DNA of 63,989 nucleotides, filler included, from Octopus bimaculoides (taxonomy: Eukaryota): the NCBI RefSeq assembly GCF_001194135.2. It is 7 parts of 6 records of this genome, joined end to end, with 100 filler letters (N's around TTAATTAATTAA, not from the genome) between each part and the next. Parts side by side here need not be neighbours in the genome. Positions count along the whole stretch, not along the records: positions 34,632 to 46,351 come from NC_069005.1; positions 46,452 to 55,996 come from NC_068994.1; 5 more parts are not named here. One strand, given 5' to 3'. Shown one piece after another: positions 41,647 through 54,484 of the stretch (its first letter is position 1; every line of letters starts with the position of its first letter). The notes beneath the pieces are model-generated. The model ran no database searches and was not told the DNA's origin. It saw nothing but the letters and a program-made list of their open reading frames with translations. A program made the position numbers and the translations under genes.

Positions 41647-43501
41647 CTGGAAGTGCAAAATAAAAAAAATAGAAAACAGAATGGTTGAATGATAACAAAT
41701 AAGAATTAAAAATTGGAGACAGTAGAAACAGTTCCTATGATCAATAGTTTTAATTTTTGCTGTTTAAACCCATATCAACTCTTTGATGATCATTTTTTTA
41801 AAGTTCACAACATATTTCTTATTTACTTTGAAGAACAGAGGCAATATTCATAGTTTCTGTAGACTTTTCTCAATAAAATATTTTTACAGGAGGAAAAGAA
41901 ATAAAACAAACATTAAAAGTATAAAAGATTAAATTATCCATGTAAAAAATTTCATTACTACCTCACCAAAGAAACACAGAAAAAGAAAAAGTGGGGAGGG
42001 GAATTAAGTAGTAGAAGTTAGGGAGGAGGAGGAGGAGAGGAAGTAATGGGTTGTACATCCCAGAACATTGCCTGACCAATACAATACAATAAAATAAAAT
42101 GCTTATAAGTCGTAGTCATAGTCGTGGTTGATGCTGGTGGCACGTAACTGGCATGTAAAAAGCACCTTTCAAGAGTTAGGCCTCACAGAGGCAAAGTGTC
42201 TGATGCCAGTGGCACGTGAACAGCACCTTTCAAGAGTTGGGCCTCACAGAGGCAATGACGAATAACCGAAACCTTTAGTATTATACCATGCTTGAGAAGA
42301 AGACCCATCAAGCCTAGTAAAATTGTAGTTGTGGCAGATACTGGAATCGTGCAAATGGCACATGTACTGGTGGCACATAAAAGCACCCATTACACTCTTG
42401 GAGTGGTTGGTGTTAGGAAGGGCATCCAGCTGTAGAAACTATGCCAAATCAGACTGGAGTTTGGTGCAGCCTTCCAGCGCTGGTCAAGCCATCCAACAAA
42501 GCCAGCATGGACAACAGACATTTAATGATGATGATGATTTCATTATGTTCTAAGTTCAAATTGCTCTGAGGTCAACTTTGCCGTGTTGCAAAAAAATAAG
42601 TACTAATCAAGTACAGGAGTCAAAATAATATCCTGCAAAGTTCCTAAAATGAAAAAATTTATGGTGGCTTCAACATCATCATCATCATCATCAAAGTGTT
42701 TAACTTCTCAAGTCTATTTGAAATATGACAAAATCAATAGTATATAAGCACCTAGTCCACACTGTGAAGTGGTTGGCATTTAATATCTGCTGGCACAGGG
42801 TGGACAGCTTGACAAGAACTGGCAAAGTCAGGGTTCATAGTCTGTTTTGGCTTGGTTTCTATGGCTGGATGCCCTTTCCAATGCCAACCACTTTACAGAA
42901 TGCTTTTTACATGGCATCATCACCAGTGCTTTTGCTGTGGCACCAGAACCCACACCAATGCTATACAACAACTGAAAACCTTCCCCATTGTACCGTTTTA
43001 GCTTTCAATAACACCAAGCAAAATCTTCAACTCCATTCCCCACTATTTACTCAAAGAGAAAAATACTTAACTTCATGAGAAGAAATAACATAAATTGGTG
43101 AATAGAAAACTTCCTGTCTGGTTGCCAAGCCTCTGTAATCTCCAAGAATAATAGTTCTGGAAAATTTCCACCATGTTTTTACCTTTCGTATGATTCAATC
43201 ATTGGACTGCAACCATGCTGGGGCATTGCCTAGAAAGGTTGCAGTTGAATAAACCCTGCTCCAGGACCCATTTTTAAGTCTGATGCTCCATTACCGATTG
43301 CAAATATGCAATATATGTGTTTTGCTTGTTCGCCAATATGCTGTGATTTAGTGCAGTGGGGATGACTCCCTCAAATCACTGGGTGCTAAAACACCAGTCT
43401 ATGACTTTCAAGCAAAACACTTACATTGAGTATATGAAGTCGATAATGTTTAAAACACCAGTGCTGCTTCCAATTCATAATTGAATGAACATACAACTCA
43501 C

Positions 43502-43577
43502 CTCAGCAGCTAATAAGGTACAACGACGACAAACCCACTCTCCAGATGGTACGTCATCTTCTGTTAAAGGGGGATCA
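43502..43577 (-). CDS. PHF12: PHF12 exon (76 nt, phase 2->0), end of PHD1
   Basis: Acceptor cttctttttcag| and donor |GTGAGT. Translates (H)DPPLTEDDVPSGEWVCRRCTLLAAE, completing the C4HC3 PHD in frame with the previous exon. Confidence 0.95.
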
Positions 43578-44193
43578 CTGAAAAAGAAGATGCCAGAACA
43601 AGTAGTTAGCAAGCTATTCAAAATATATTTTAATAAAGAAACATAATGTTGAATATTACAAAAAATATATATTAACAACAGAGGCAGTATTAATACTGTG
43701 CGGTAATATTTATCCCTCCTTAAACGTGGATGTTTTGTAAGAACAAACTAAATTACAGTGGATACCAATGAGAGAAACTCTGAAACCAACAGCCAATATG
43801 ACAGTTTCTCTCAGGTTATCTACTGCAGTATAGTTTGTTCTAACAGAACATTCACGTTTAAATGGGGATGAATATAACTTCTCAAAGGAATATTAACTGA
43901 CAGTACAGCTTTTTTATTTTTTACTTGTTTAAGTGACTGAATTGTGGCCATGCTGGGGCACTGACTTGAAGGGTTTAGTAAAACAAATTGACCCCAGTAC
44001 TTATTTTATTTCTAAGCCTGATACTTATTCTGTTGATCTCTTTAGCTGAAATGCTAAGTTACAGAGATGTAAATAAACCAATACCAGTTTTCATAGTGGT
44101 GCACACACACACACAAAAATAACAACTGATGAGAAATGGGACCAAAGAGGACAATGGAAACAATCGATATGATGAGAGTTTACATATACTTAC

Positions 44194-44375
44194 TGACATT
44201 GCAAATGAAAGGCAGCTGGACATCGGTCACAGCACAGTAGGTCACCACCTTCTTTACAGCTATCACAACAATCGTGGTTGACAGTACGTCCAGGGCGTCG
44301 GTACTCTCTCACCGGTCTTTTGGGTTTTCTGGAAGGATCTTCAGAGGTTGGTGGAGCTACCAACTTTAAGATTTG
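44194..44375 (-). CDS. PHF12: PHF12 internal coding exon (182 nt, phase 0->2), N-terminal part of PHD1
   Basis: Acceptor ccattaacag| and donor |GTAAGT. Translates [60 protein letters not shown](H), which matches my recall of human PHF12 QIQALLAPP...[28 protein letters not shown]. Missed by the ORF track. Confidence 0.95.
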
Positions 44376-44899
44376 CTGTTAATGGAGGTAAAATGAAGGA
44401 CAAAAATGAGTCAAAGACAGGCAGATAAGGTTATCAGAGAGACAGACAACTAGGTTTTAACAGACAAGTCAGAATACATATAAAAGCCACATCTCTCAAG
44501 ACACCTGTGCTTATCCCTCTACCATACTTTAGCCTCTCAACGCCAGGCATTAAGCCACTTTTCCTTCTACTGCAACCCTGTTCAGTTGAAGGTTTTTTCT
44601 CTGTGTTGCAAGTTATTTAGCAACCTCACTAGTGCTGGTGCCATGAAAACAGCATCTGGTATACTATGTAAAATGGTTGGCATTAGGAAGGGCATCCAGC
44701 CATAGAAACCAGGCCAAAACAGACATTGGAGCTGGATGCAGTCCTCCACCTTGTCAAACCATCCAACGTATGGTAACAAGGAAGATGGATGCTAAATGAT
44801 GACAATGGACACAGTCATACACATGGTTGCACAGTAAATTGTTCCCATGCTTGTTTTATGATGGCTGGGTCTTTTTTTTAACAAACTGTCTTGACATTT

Positions 44900-45085
44900 A
44901 TTATTTCCTTCATAAGACTTAACTTTCTGAGATTAGTCGTCACCACTTTTTCTTGTGTGTTCTTCAGTCTTCCTCTTCTGCAGCTTCGTTCCCTCGGGAT
45001 CACTTAGCACTTCTTTACCCATTCATCATCATCATCATCCATGCCCACACACTACATTCCATACCTCCACATTCTTTCTCAATGT
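44900..45085 (-). mobile_element. Degenerate RTE C-terminal fragment in PHF12 intron
   Basis: Minus strand resembles G H..MDDDEWVKKC...RRGR.K...VV..LRKL, homologous to the copy at 11482. Confidence 0.55.
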
Positions 45086-45104
45086 GTATTACAACTGAGT
45101 CCTA

Positions 45105-45313
45105 TTAACCCTTTTGATAATAATCCCACCTGAGACAGCCCATCATTCTCTGGTACAAACTTCTTGTTTTAAAGTGATTTAAATTAAAACCTTCCATCAA
45201 AATTTAAAGCTAATTTCTATTCCAAACACCAGCTTAATAACTGACTAAGCCCTTATTTTCAAAATTAACAAAAGCAGTGTATTCCAACAGAAATATGGTA
45301 ACAAAAGGACTAA
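45105..45313. mobile_element. piggyBac-type MITE, second family
   Basis: TTAACCCTTTTG...CAAAAGGACTAA decayed termini. Confidence 0.5.
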
Positions 45314-45346
<33 letters not shown>

Positions 45347-45555
45347 TTAGCATCTGCTTTCCATGCTGGCATGGGTTAGACAGTTTCACAAGAGCTGGTA
45401 AGTCAAAAGACTGTGCCAATCTTTACTTAATATTTGCTTTATTTACAGTGCAACCAGCCCTTGTTTGGAAAACTCAGTAATCTGGAATGGCTTTGGAACC
45501 AAAGGGATCAGTCCCTATAAATGTGTGTATGTGTGTGTGTGCATGTGTATGTTTA

Positions 45556-45609
<54 letters not shown>

Positions 45610-46451
45610 TATATGTACATACATACACACACATGCATGCATAGACACACACACACAGAATGAGAGAGAGAGAGAGAGAAGGAGAGAGAGAAATTCTAAC
45701 AACGATACATGTAAGTGAGTAAACAAACCTGTTTCTAAGAAAGTCAAAAGAATAAATCAAATTGACAATAAATGACAATAAATGTGACCAACCACAACCA
45801 TCCTGGTGTGTCTTTCAACATATCTAAGCTGTTACAGAGTCTTTTTTACTAACAAATGACAGCAATGGACACTGAAAAATATCTCACGTTAATTTTCCCC
45901 ACAGGTGTCCTCTTTGCCATGCTTACATGTCAAGGTGGTTTAACTAAGCAGAGATGTTTGTCTTCATGCTGACTAAATCACTAGATGTGTCCTAGTTTAT
46001 CCAAACTCAATGAATTAACAATGACTCACTTGTCACATTTATAAAATAAGATACAACAGTAAAAACATTGGTCAGTCATTACACTTATTGTTTGTCATCA
46101 GTGAAGCTGGATGTGCAATGATGGCTGTTGATGCTGTTTAATACCAGGTCAGACTGAATCCAATAGATACATATATTTTATATAATATGTATTCTTTTAT
46201 TTTTTTTACTTGTTTCAGTCATTTGACTGTGGCCATGCAGGAACACTGCCTTACAGGATTTTAGTCAAACAAATCAACCCCAGGACTTATTTTTTTCAGC
46301 CTAGTGTTTATTCTATCGGTCTCTTTTCCTGAACCGCTAAGTTACGGGGGGNNNNNNNNNNNNNNNNNNNNNNNNNNNNNNNNNNNNNNNNNNNNTTAAT
46401 TAATTAANNNNNNNNNNNNNNNNNNNNNNNNNNNNNNNNNNNNNNNNNNNN

Positions 46452-46515
<64 letters not shown>

Positions 46516-46572
46516 GTAGTAGTAGTAGTAGTTGTAGTAGTAGTAGTAATAACAATGATAATGATGATGATG

Positions 46573-46636
<64 letters not shown>

Positions 46637-46637
<1 letters not shown>

Positions 46638-48630
46638 GAATATACGCTTTCCTTGAACAGAACTCTCTCCTTCCACAATCTCATAAAGGTTGTAAAAGAA
46701 ATTCTTGTGTGCAAAGATCAATTACTCACAAATAAAATGATTGTAGAGAAATACCGGAAAAAAAAGAACCTGAGTATAGCATGGATAGACTACAGGAAAG
46801 CGTTTGATAGTGTCCCACATAATTGGCTACTCAAGGCTCTTGATATATATCAGGTCACTCCTGTCGTCTATAAATTCTTACGAAGTAGCATGGTCAAGTA
46901 ATGAGACGAACCAATCTAACAACATCAACATCAAATGAGTCATCTTTTAAGGTGACTCCCTTTTCCCATTACTCTTTTGCATGGCACTGATCCCACTCTC
47001 AAACGAAGTGAATAACACCAAGTGTGGGTACAAAATGTATAACACTACAATAAACCATCTGTTTTATACGGACGATCTAAAACTGTTTGCTAGAAATGAC
47101 TAAGAGCTTGTAGGGCTGCTAACAACTGTTAAAAAGTTTAGCAATGATATGGGGATGAATTTTGGCCACGATAAGTTTGCTGGAGCAACTTTTGTTAGAG
47201 GCAAACTCAGGCAAATTGCTTCCATTAAATTAGATACCGATGCTACCATCAAGGAACGTGACCCACAAGAGAGTTATAAATACATAGGGATAAACGAAAG
47301 AGATTGTATACAACATGCTACTATGAAGGAAAAATTAAGAAAGGAGTACTACAGGAGAATTAGACTTATACTTAAAACTGAACTGAACTCGAAAAATTGC
47401 ATCGAAGCCATTTACACTCTGGCACTTCCAGTAGTCCAATATAGTTTTAATATCATTAACTGGAATCCTACGGAGCTTCAATCCGAGACAGGATCACAAA
47501 AAAATTACTAACATCTAAGAACATGTACTTATCTAGTACAGACGACTGTATGCGACGGATTGTGTGAAAACACGAAAGCAGCAAAAAGTTACAAGGAAGA
47601 TTGAAAATTCGCAAGAGAACTCGGCATTAACCCTGAATTAAATTAAGAACCTGAAACCACAGCCACCGAACAAGCAAAATAAATCAAGCAGACTGTAGAA
47701 AAGAACGGGCAGAAACAAATTGAGGAGTGGTGGTTCCAAAAGCCTCTGCATGGACAATATATTCTTCGAAGCCGAAGTGCTGATTTAGGCTGAGAAAGTC
47801 AGAACTGAAAGCGAAGACTGAAGATTTCATATTGGCGGCACAAGATCAAAGCTTGCTTACCAGTAACTACCAGGCTGACATTCTCCAAAATGGTTCTAGC
47901 CCTAAACGCAGATTCTGCGACATATTTGATGAAACGGAATGTCCTTTGCTGACATCAAACGAATACAAAATTCGCCATGGAAGGGTAGGACAGTATTTAC
48001 ATTGGAAAATATGTAAACACTATAAAATCAGTACTCCTGCTTATTGATATAAACATCATCCTGAACCAATTGTTGAAGGCAAAAATGTCACTATCCTCTG
48101 GCAGTTTCCAGTCAACACCGACAGAATGGTCCAGGCTAATCTACCAGACATAGTCATTAAAGACGGAGAAGAAACTACTTGTAGACTAATTGTTGTAAGT
48201 GACTCCACTGATAAAAATATATCTGTAAAGGAATTTGACAAATTTAGTAAATATAAGGACCTGGAAATTGAAATACAAAAGATGTCACATCTTAAAGCAG
48301 GAACTGTTCCTGTTGTTGTAGGTGCCCTAGGTGTGAGAAAACAAGGGATATCAGAAACATCTAGATAACATCCCAGGAGAACCATGTCTCAGAGAAAGCC
48401 AAAAGATTGTGCTGACAATTACTACCCACACTCTTAGAAAAACCCTATGAATTTAAATGTCTATGTTGTATCACATGAAAATATTTCACTACTGACCCTG
48501 TCATTTCCTTTCCTTACTCTTTCAGTCATTCTGAAATATTTCTTATACTTCACTCACTCTAGGACGCTGGGTGTGTCTCGGCAAGTGATTGTAACAAACA
48601 TCCACATTAATAGTAAACAACAACAACAAC
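46637..48630 (+). mobile_element. R4/Dong-like non-LTR retrotransposon (RT + Zn knuckle + restriction-like endonuclease), 5'-truncated and frameshifted
   Basis: WIDYRKAFDSVPHNW, YTDDLKL (YxDD motif), KPLHGQY, CRFC-like knuckle, RHGRVGQYLHWKIC, PDIV..D...KE.DK.SKYKDL, TVPVVVGALG. The 5' junction sits directly on (TAA)n. Confidence 0.85.
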
Positions 48631-48761
48631 GACGAAATATTTTGAATATGATCAATTACTTTGATTCTTGGCCATACGATCGTTCTCTTTCTTTCTCTCT
48701 GTGTATATCCATTTATCCACATGCATGTATGCATACGTACATGTATGCATACAAACACGCA

Positions 48762-48807
<46 letters not shown>

Positions 48808-48979
48808 NNNNNNNNNNNNNNNNNNNNNNNNNNNNNNNNNNNNNNNNNNNNNNNNNNNNNNNNNNNNNNNNNNNNNNNNNNNNNNNNNNNNNNNNNNNNN
48901 NNNNNNNNNNNNNNNNNNNNNNNNNNNNNNNNNNNNNNNNNNNNNNNNNNNNNNNNNNNNNNNNNNNNNNNNNNNNNNN

Positions 48980-50118
48980 GTGTCTTTGTTTTGCAGTGCT
49001 TCTCCCCTGTTCGTCGATTTAAGCGATGGCTGAAACGAAGAATCAGCGTGTTTCCGTGAACTTCTGTTTTCTGCTGGGGAAAACGGCGGCCGAAACAATT
49101 TACATGCTTCAGACAGCTTACAAGGACGCTGCCATGAGCAAAGCATATGTTTATGAGTGTTTTTTTATACTTTAGGAATGGTTACTTGTCGCTTGAGAAC
49201 CAACTTCGTACAGGGTGACCGTCGACCTCCCGAACGAATGAAAACGTCATGAAAATTCATAAACTGACCATCGCCGAACAATTGACGAACTTGTTGATAT
49301 GACTGGTGTGTCCTGGAGCTCTTTCCAAAGAATTTTGAACGAGGAATTGCGAATGAAGAGAGTTGCAACATAATTTATGCTTCCCTTGCTCACGGAAGAT
49401 CAATAGCAGTCACAAGTGAATGCGTGTCGTGAACTGAAAGAACAGTTGGAAGCTGATCCGAACCTTACCTCGGATATCATCACTGGTGACGAAAGCTGGT
49501 GCTACGGCTATGATTCGGAAACGAAGCAGCAATCAAGTCAATGGAATCATTCAATGTCACCAGGCCTCCCAAAAGCGCGTCAATTGACGTCCAATGTCAA
49601 GATGATGCTGATTTGTTTCATCGATGCGAAAGAAATTGTCCACACAACGTTTGTTCCTCCTAGTCCAATTGTTAAGCAGACATTTTACTTGGCAGTTCTG
49701 AAGCGTTTGTGAGACACGGTGAGACGAAAACGCCCCGCCCAGTGGCAAAGTGGAGAGTGGTGGTTTTATTACGACAATGCACCTTCGCACACCGCCTTGA
49801 GTGTGAGAGAGCTTTTGACCAAAAATGGCTTGACCCGTTTTATATACCCAGCCTTTTCACCCGGATCTTGTTCCCCCCGAATTAAAAAAAACCTTAAAGG
49901 AAAACGTTTTGCAGATGTGGAAGAGGTGAAGAATAAAACGACAGAGGCGTTAAAAGGTATCACTTCGCAAGGGTATTAGGGCTGCTTCGAATAGTGGAAA
50001 ACACGTCTAGACCGATGCATTGCTTCAAATAAAGAATACTTTTAGGGCTACAAATGTGTAAACTAAGTGAATAAAATAATATTGAAAAATTCCGGTTTCT
50101 TTTGGGTACCCCATCGTC
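48980..50118 (+). mobile_element. mariner (DD34D-type) element with disrupted transposase; right TIR present, left end in gap
   Basis: ATG at 49026. Motifs KTAAETIYML, IITGDESWCYGYDSETKQQSSQW, WWFYYDNAPSHTA, LKGKRFADVEEVK. Terminal AATTCCGGTTTCTTTTGGGTACCCCATCGT followed by TA (~50088-50120). Confidence 0.9.
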
Positions 50119-51060
50119 TATATGTATGTATGTATTTATGTATGTATGTATGTATACATATATAATAGAAAAGATTATCCATGAAAGATTCTCTTTGCTT
50201 TGTAATTACAGTGTTTGATGCATTGAATGAATGACCCAAAAGAAGAAAAAAATCAGCTATAACCTATATAAGATCTTTGCAGTTTTGGTTGATATAAAAT
50301 ACTAAACACCTTGCTATACATAATGTACGTCAATTTATGATGTTCAACCTACATGATTAAATGTGATTTTACATGACTAGATCTAGGAATAACTAAGAAG
50401 TTCGCAGCACCTTGGACGCCTACCTTCTTCTATAGCTGCATGTTGGCCAATACCTTGTGAGTAGATGTATTAATAAGAAATCTGATTAATCGATAGTTTC
50501 CAATGAAATCACTCATGATATTTGTTCCACCCGAGTTGAAAAGACAATCTCTTGTCATAACGGTCGTCGTAAAAATACTGTGAACTACTAATTGATCCGT
50601 TGAAAACTTGTAACTAACGGCGCTTTGGTTCACATAATAGCATAAAACATAAATTATGTTGAAAATAGTGTTATATGTAATATACTAAAGTATGTTATAG
50701 TATGCAACTTTCACTGAAAAAAAATATGATTTTACATGAATATGGCAGTGTGCCTCGCAATGTCGTAACATGATCAACCTGGCCAACTTTAAACTAGTTG
50801 ACGATTCGCCAAATTTTACAGATAAAAGCCTCAGGTCTATTTATTTTCGGTCTGTATCTAATCGGTTAATCTATACTTCGCGTAGTGGGGATGGTGATTT
50901 TATTAAAATATTTACCAAGAATATGTTACGGATGCTGGAGACAATATATCAATATTGGAACCAATTCAAGTTCCACAAAACGAGCCTATTTTTCTTTTCA
51001 GTTAAGAATTAATGGTATTTTTTTAAGGGATTGGCCTTTGATGGAGTTATAAGAACTTAC

Positions 51061-51180
<120 letters not shown>

Positions 51181-52181
51181 AACAGACAGAGACAGAGAGA
51201 AATAAAAACTAAGCCTCCTTAGGCATCAGATGAAGAACTACACCTTGTTACTGAGATTTTCATGTCATGAGCATTTAATTAGGAGACCTTGTAGCATGAA
51301 TTTAGACGCAACGCTTCAACACACTAATCGACTTGTAGCCTAAAATATTGAATATATATATATATATATATGCATGTACGTCTCTTCTATGTTTTAATTA
51401 TTATATATCTTCCAATGAGGACGGAGCTGGTTTCCAACAAAGATACAAGACTCTGTCTTTGGGATGTAGTTAACACAGACAAATTCACATTTGGAACTTG
51501 AGAAAAGTCTTGAATATTTTTACTGTTCCACTCACAGATTGTACTTGTAATGTATGAATTAGCCGGTCGATTTCTCTTTCTGAAAATCCCAGTTTATCCT
51601 GATTCTCCTTTAAGCATTTACTAACAAAACTTAGTGTTCCAATTATCATTGGTATGAATATAATTTCATAGTCTGTATATAGAATGTGGAGGTTTCGAAG
51701 CAGCTGTCCATAGATATCCTCTTTTTTCTTTGATTTTCAAAGTGATATTTATACATGCAAGGCAGCTGCCCCTCCGTCCCAAACAACAATATCCAGCCTG
51801 TTATGTTCACATTTGACAGAAGTTTTGATGAGAATTTTCCACCAGCATTCCTTGAGTTGGTATGTATGTACGTATGTATGTATGTATGTATGTATGTATG
51901 TATGCATATGTATGTATGTATGTATATGTATGTGCGTGAGCGTGTGTGTAGTTGCTGACAGTTTATGCTTAAAAATAGGAAAGTGTGTATATGTTTTATT
52001 AGAAGTTAAAATTTCTTGAATTGCAAGTCTGAATTTTTCCGCTACCGATTGCTCAGAAACACGTTAAACTTAGGGTTACGATTCAAGATGCCTCCTGTAA
52101 TTCCAGTTTCATTGTCCTATAATTATGTGAATATCCTGGATTTGAAACTTCCACCTATTTTCATTAATAAAACGCATTACA

Positions 52182-52225
<44 letters not shown>

Positions 52226-52899
52226 GCCTGTTGTGTCCTTCAGCAAGGTACATCATTGCTTCAGTCTACTCAGCTAAAAATAAGGACATGCCTAGAGTAG
52301 ATGTAGTGCAGACACTTTTTCCCTCCTACTGTTACATCCTCGATGTTCTGCTGGGTAAAAGAGCAGGCAGGCCGAAAGGGGGCCTCTGTCTGCTCGTGAT
52401 TCTATGTTTCGCTAAAACAATTAGCGAAAGCGTGGTATGAGCAATCAGTAATACTCGCGACTAACGGTTAAGCATGTATGCGTGTGTGTGTGTCTATGTA
52501 TGTGTTTTGTAGTCATTGAGCATCTCTTTGCACTCGGCTTTATCAGTAAGGAGTAATGTAACAAACTTTTATGTTGCGCTTATCAGTGCCTGTGTAGATA
52601 GAAATACTGAATAATTAATAAGCAACAATTTCTTTTTCAGCTCAACTTATCTATAAAAGAATTTTATATAGAATTAAGTAACTTAATATATTCTGCAGTA
52701 AGTTCTGTAAATTTGATCTTTAACAATTGCCACATTTACTCTCCCAGATAACCTGGTATGTATATTAACTAATAGGGAAGCAGCTAACTGTCGCGAGAAA
52801 AAAAAATTAATTCAAATTCTACTTGTATGGAAGAGGTAAAAAGAAAAAACCCAAAACATTAGCGTAACAATTTTGTTCTGGAAAAGAAAGAAAGAACTC

Positions 52900-53640
52900 C
52901 AAAATTAAGAACTGATCAGAGGACACAATAGGATCAGTCTTCTGAGAGCTAATGATTAGTTCCAAGGACACAAAAACGACGGGGGATAATTAGGTCAACA
53001 ACACGATCATTTAACTGTCTAGCATTGCATTTTACTACTGGAAATTAAAACATAGATGATTAATAAAAACAAGTGTATATCTCGCCTTGGATATCGTAAG
53101 AAAATATGGAAAAAGGGATAAAGGATTAGTAAGAAGATAGAAGAGGTAAACACATAGTACAATAACGACAACTTTAAAGGTATATTGTATATTACTTCTA
53201 TACCGAAAGGTGATTTAGCCCATAAATTTAAGAAAGCTTTGAGTGACACTAAACTTAGAATTAAAGTAGTAGAGAATCTAGGAAGATCCATTAGGTCATA
53301 GATAAGCAGAACATAACCTGTTGATAGGACCACGTATACAAAATTGTATTGTGTATGATACAAAGCCTAGGATCAACTTTAAAAAGAGAAACATAGGGAA
53401 CTGCCTGGAGTCGAGCTGAAAGAATGGGGAGCATTGGAAAAATATAGTGATAGGAAACCTACATCAGTATTCCATCAGCATGCTAAAGATAAACATCACG
53501 GCATGTTAAATAACATAGACATAAACCTCACTTCATACATTCATATGACATTGTACACAAGTAAACGAATGGAAACCATCATTTAATGAAAAAACCCTGT
53601 TAAAATGTTCCAACCACCTACCTCACACACATAAAAGTAA
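52900..53640 (+). mobile_element. Degenerate Penelope-like element fragment
   Basis: Remnants ITSIPKGDLAHKFKKALSDTKLRIKVVENLGRSI and SVFHQHAKDKH resemble the thumb/linker and GIY-YIG region of PLEs. Confidence 0.5.
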
Positions 53641-54440
53641 ATAAAAATGCTACAAACTGTATAAAATCATTTATGAACCCAATCTATACGCATACCTGTA
53701 TGCTGCTGACGCATTCCACTATGTGCATGCATCTTGCCACATGAATGTGCATACCTGCTTAATACCAATGTATACAATCATGCACGTATCTCAACATTAA
53801 TTAGACAATAAACATACCGTAAATCAGATACTGCGGCGGACATGTTGGACTGCTTCTGCCCCATCCCCACAAGCAAGGAAGAAACAGTTGTCTTATAAGT
53901 TGGCATACACATATTGATATAATTGTTAGATAAATAAACATATTCGAATGTATTAGTAAACGTACATTAATGCGTTAATAAACATACATCTATGTGTTTT
54001 CTGCGTGCGTAGGCGAAGTATTGTTGATTAGTACTTCAATCCTTTATTACATGGAACCCGCAAACTACAAGACACAAACTTGAAACAGACCAGGAATAGA
54101 GAGGTCGTATCATTGATTAGGTTGCGAATGGAGACGAAAGTACTTTGACAAACCTAGCTAACTGGATACTTGATTGATCAAGCGATTAATCAAATAATCG
54201 ATAAGTTAATTGGTGAAATGGTTAACTATTTGACTAATATTAAAGGAAGTGCAATAGCACCAGTGAGTGTGTTTATTATTGACTTAATGATCTTCCTGAG
54301 ATACAACAAAATCTGTTTCAGCAAACGTCCACATCAAGAAACTTGCAAACCAAATACAAAACTATGGGTGTATGTGCGTATGTGTAAGTGTGTGTCTGTA
54401 TGTGCGCGCGTGCATGTGAGTGTGTGTGTGCGTGTGTGCG

Positions 54441-54484
<44 letters not shown>

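Larger units (their letters stand above)
39365..43197. repeat. Inverted ~230-bp repeat pair (39365-39590 and 42971-43197) in the PHF12 introns either side of the 41460-41646 exon
   Basis: The reverse complement of 42971-43197 aligns collinearly with 39365-39590 (e.g. AAAGGTAAAAACATGGTG, GGAGATTACAGAGG, TTTTTCTCTTTGAGTAAA.AGTGGGGAATGG.GTTGAAGATTTTG.TTGGT.TTATTGAAAGCTAAA). Confidence 0.88.
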
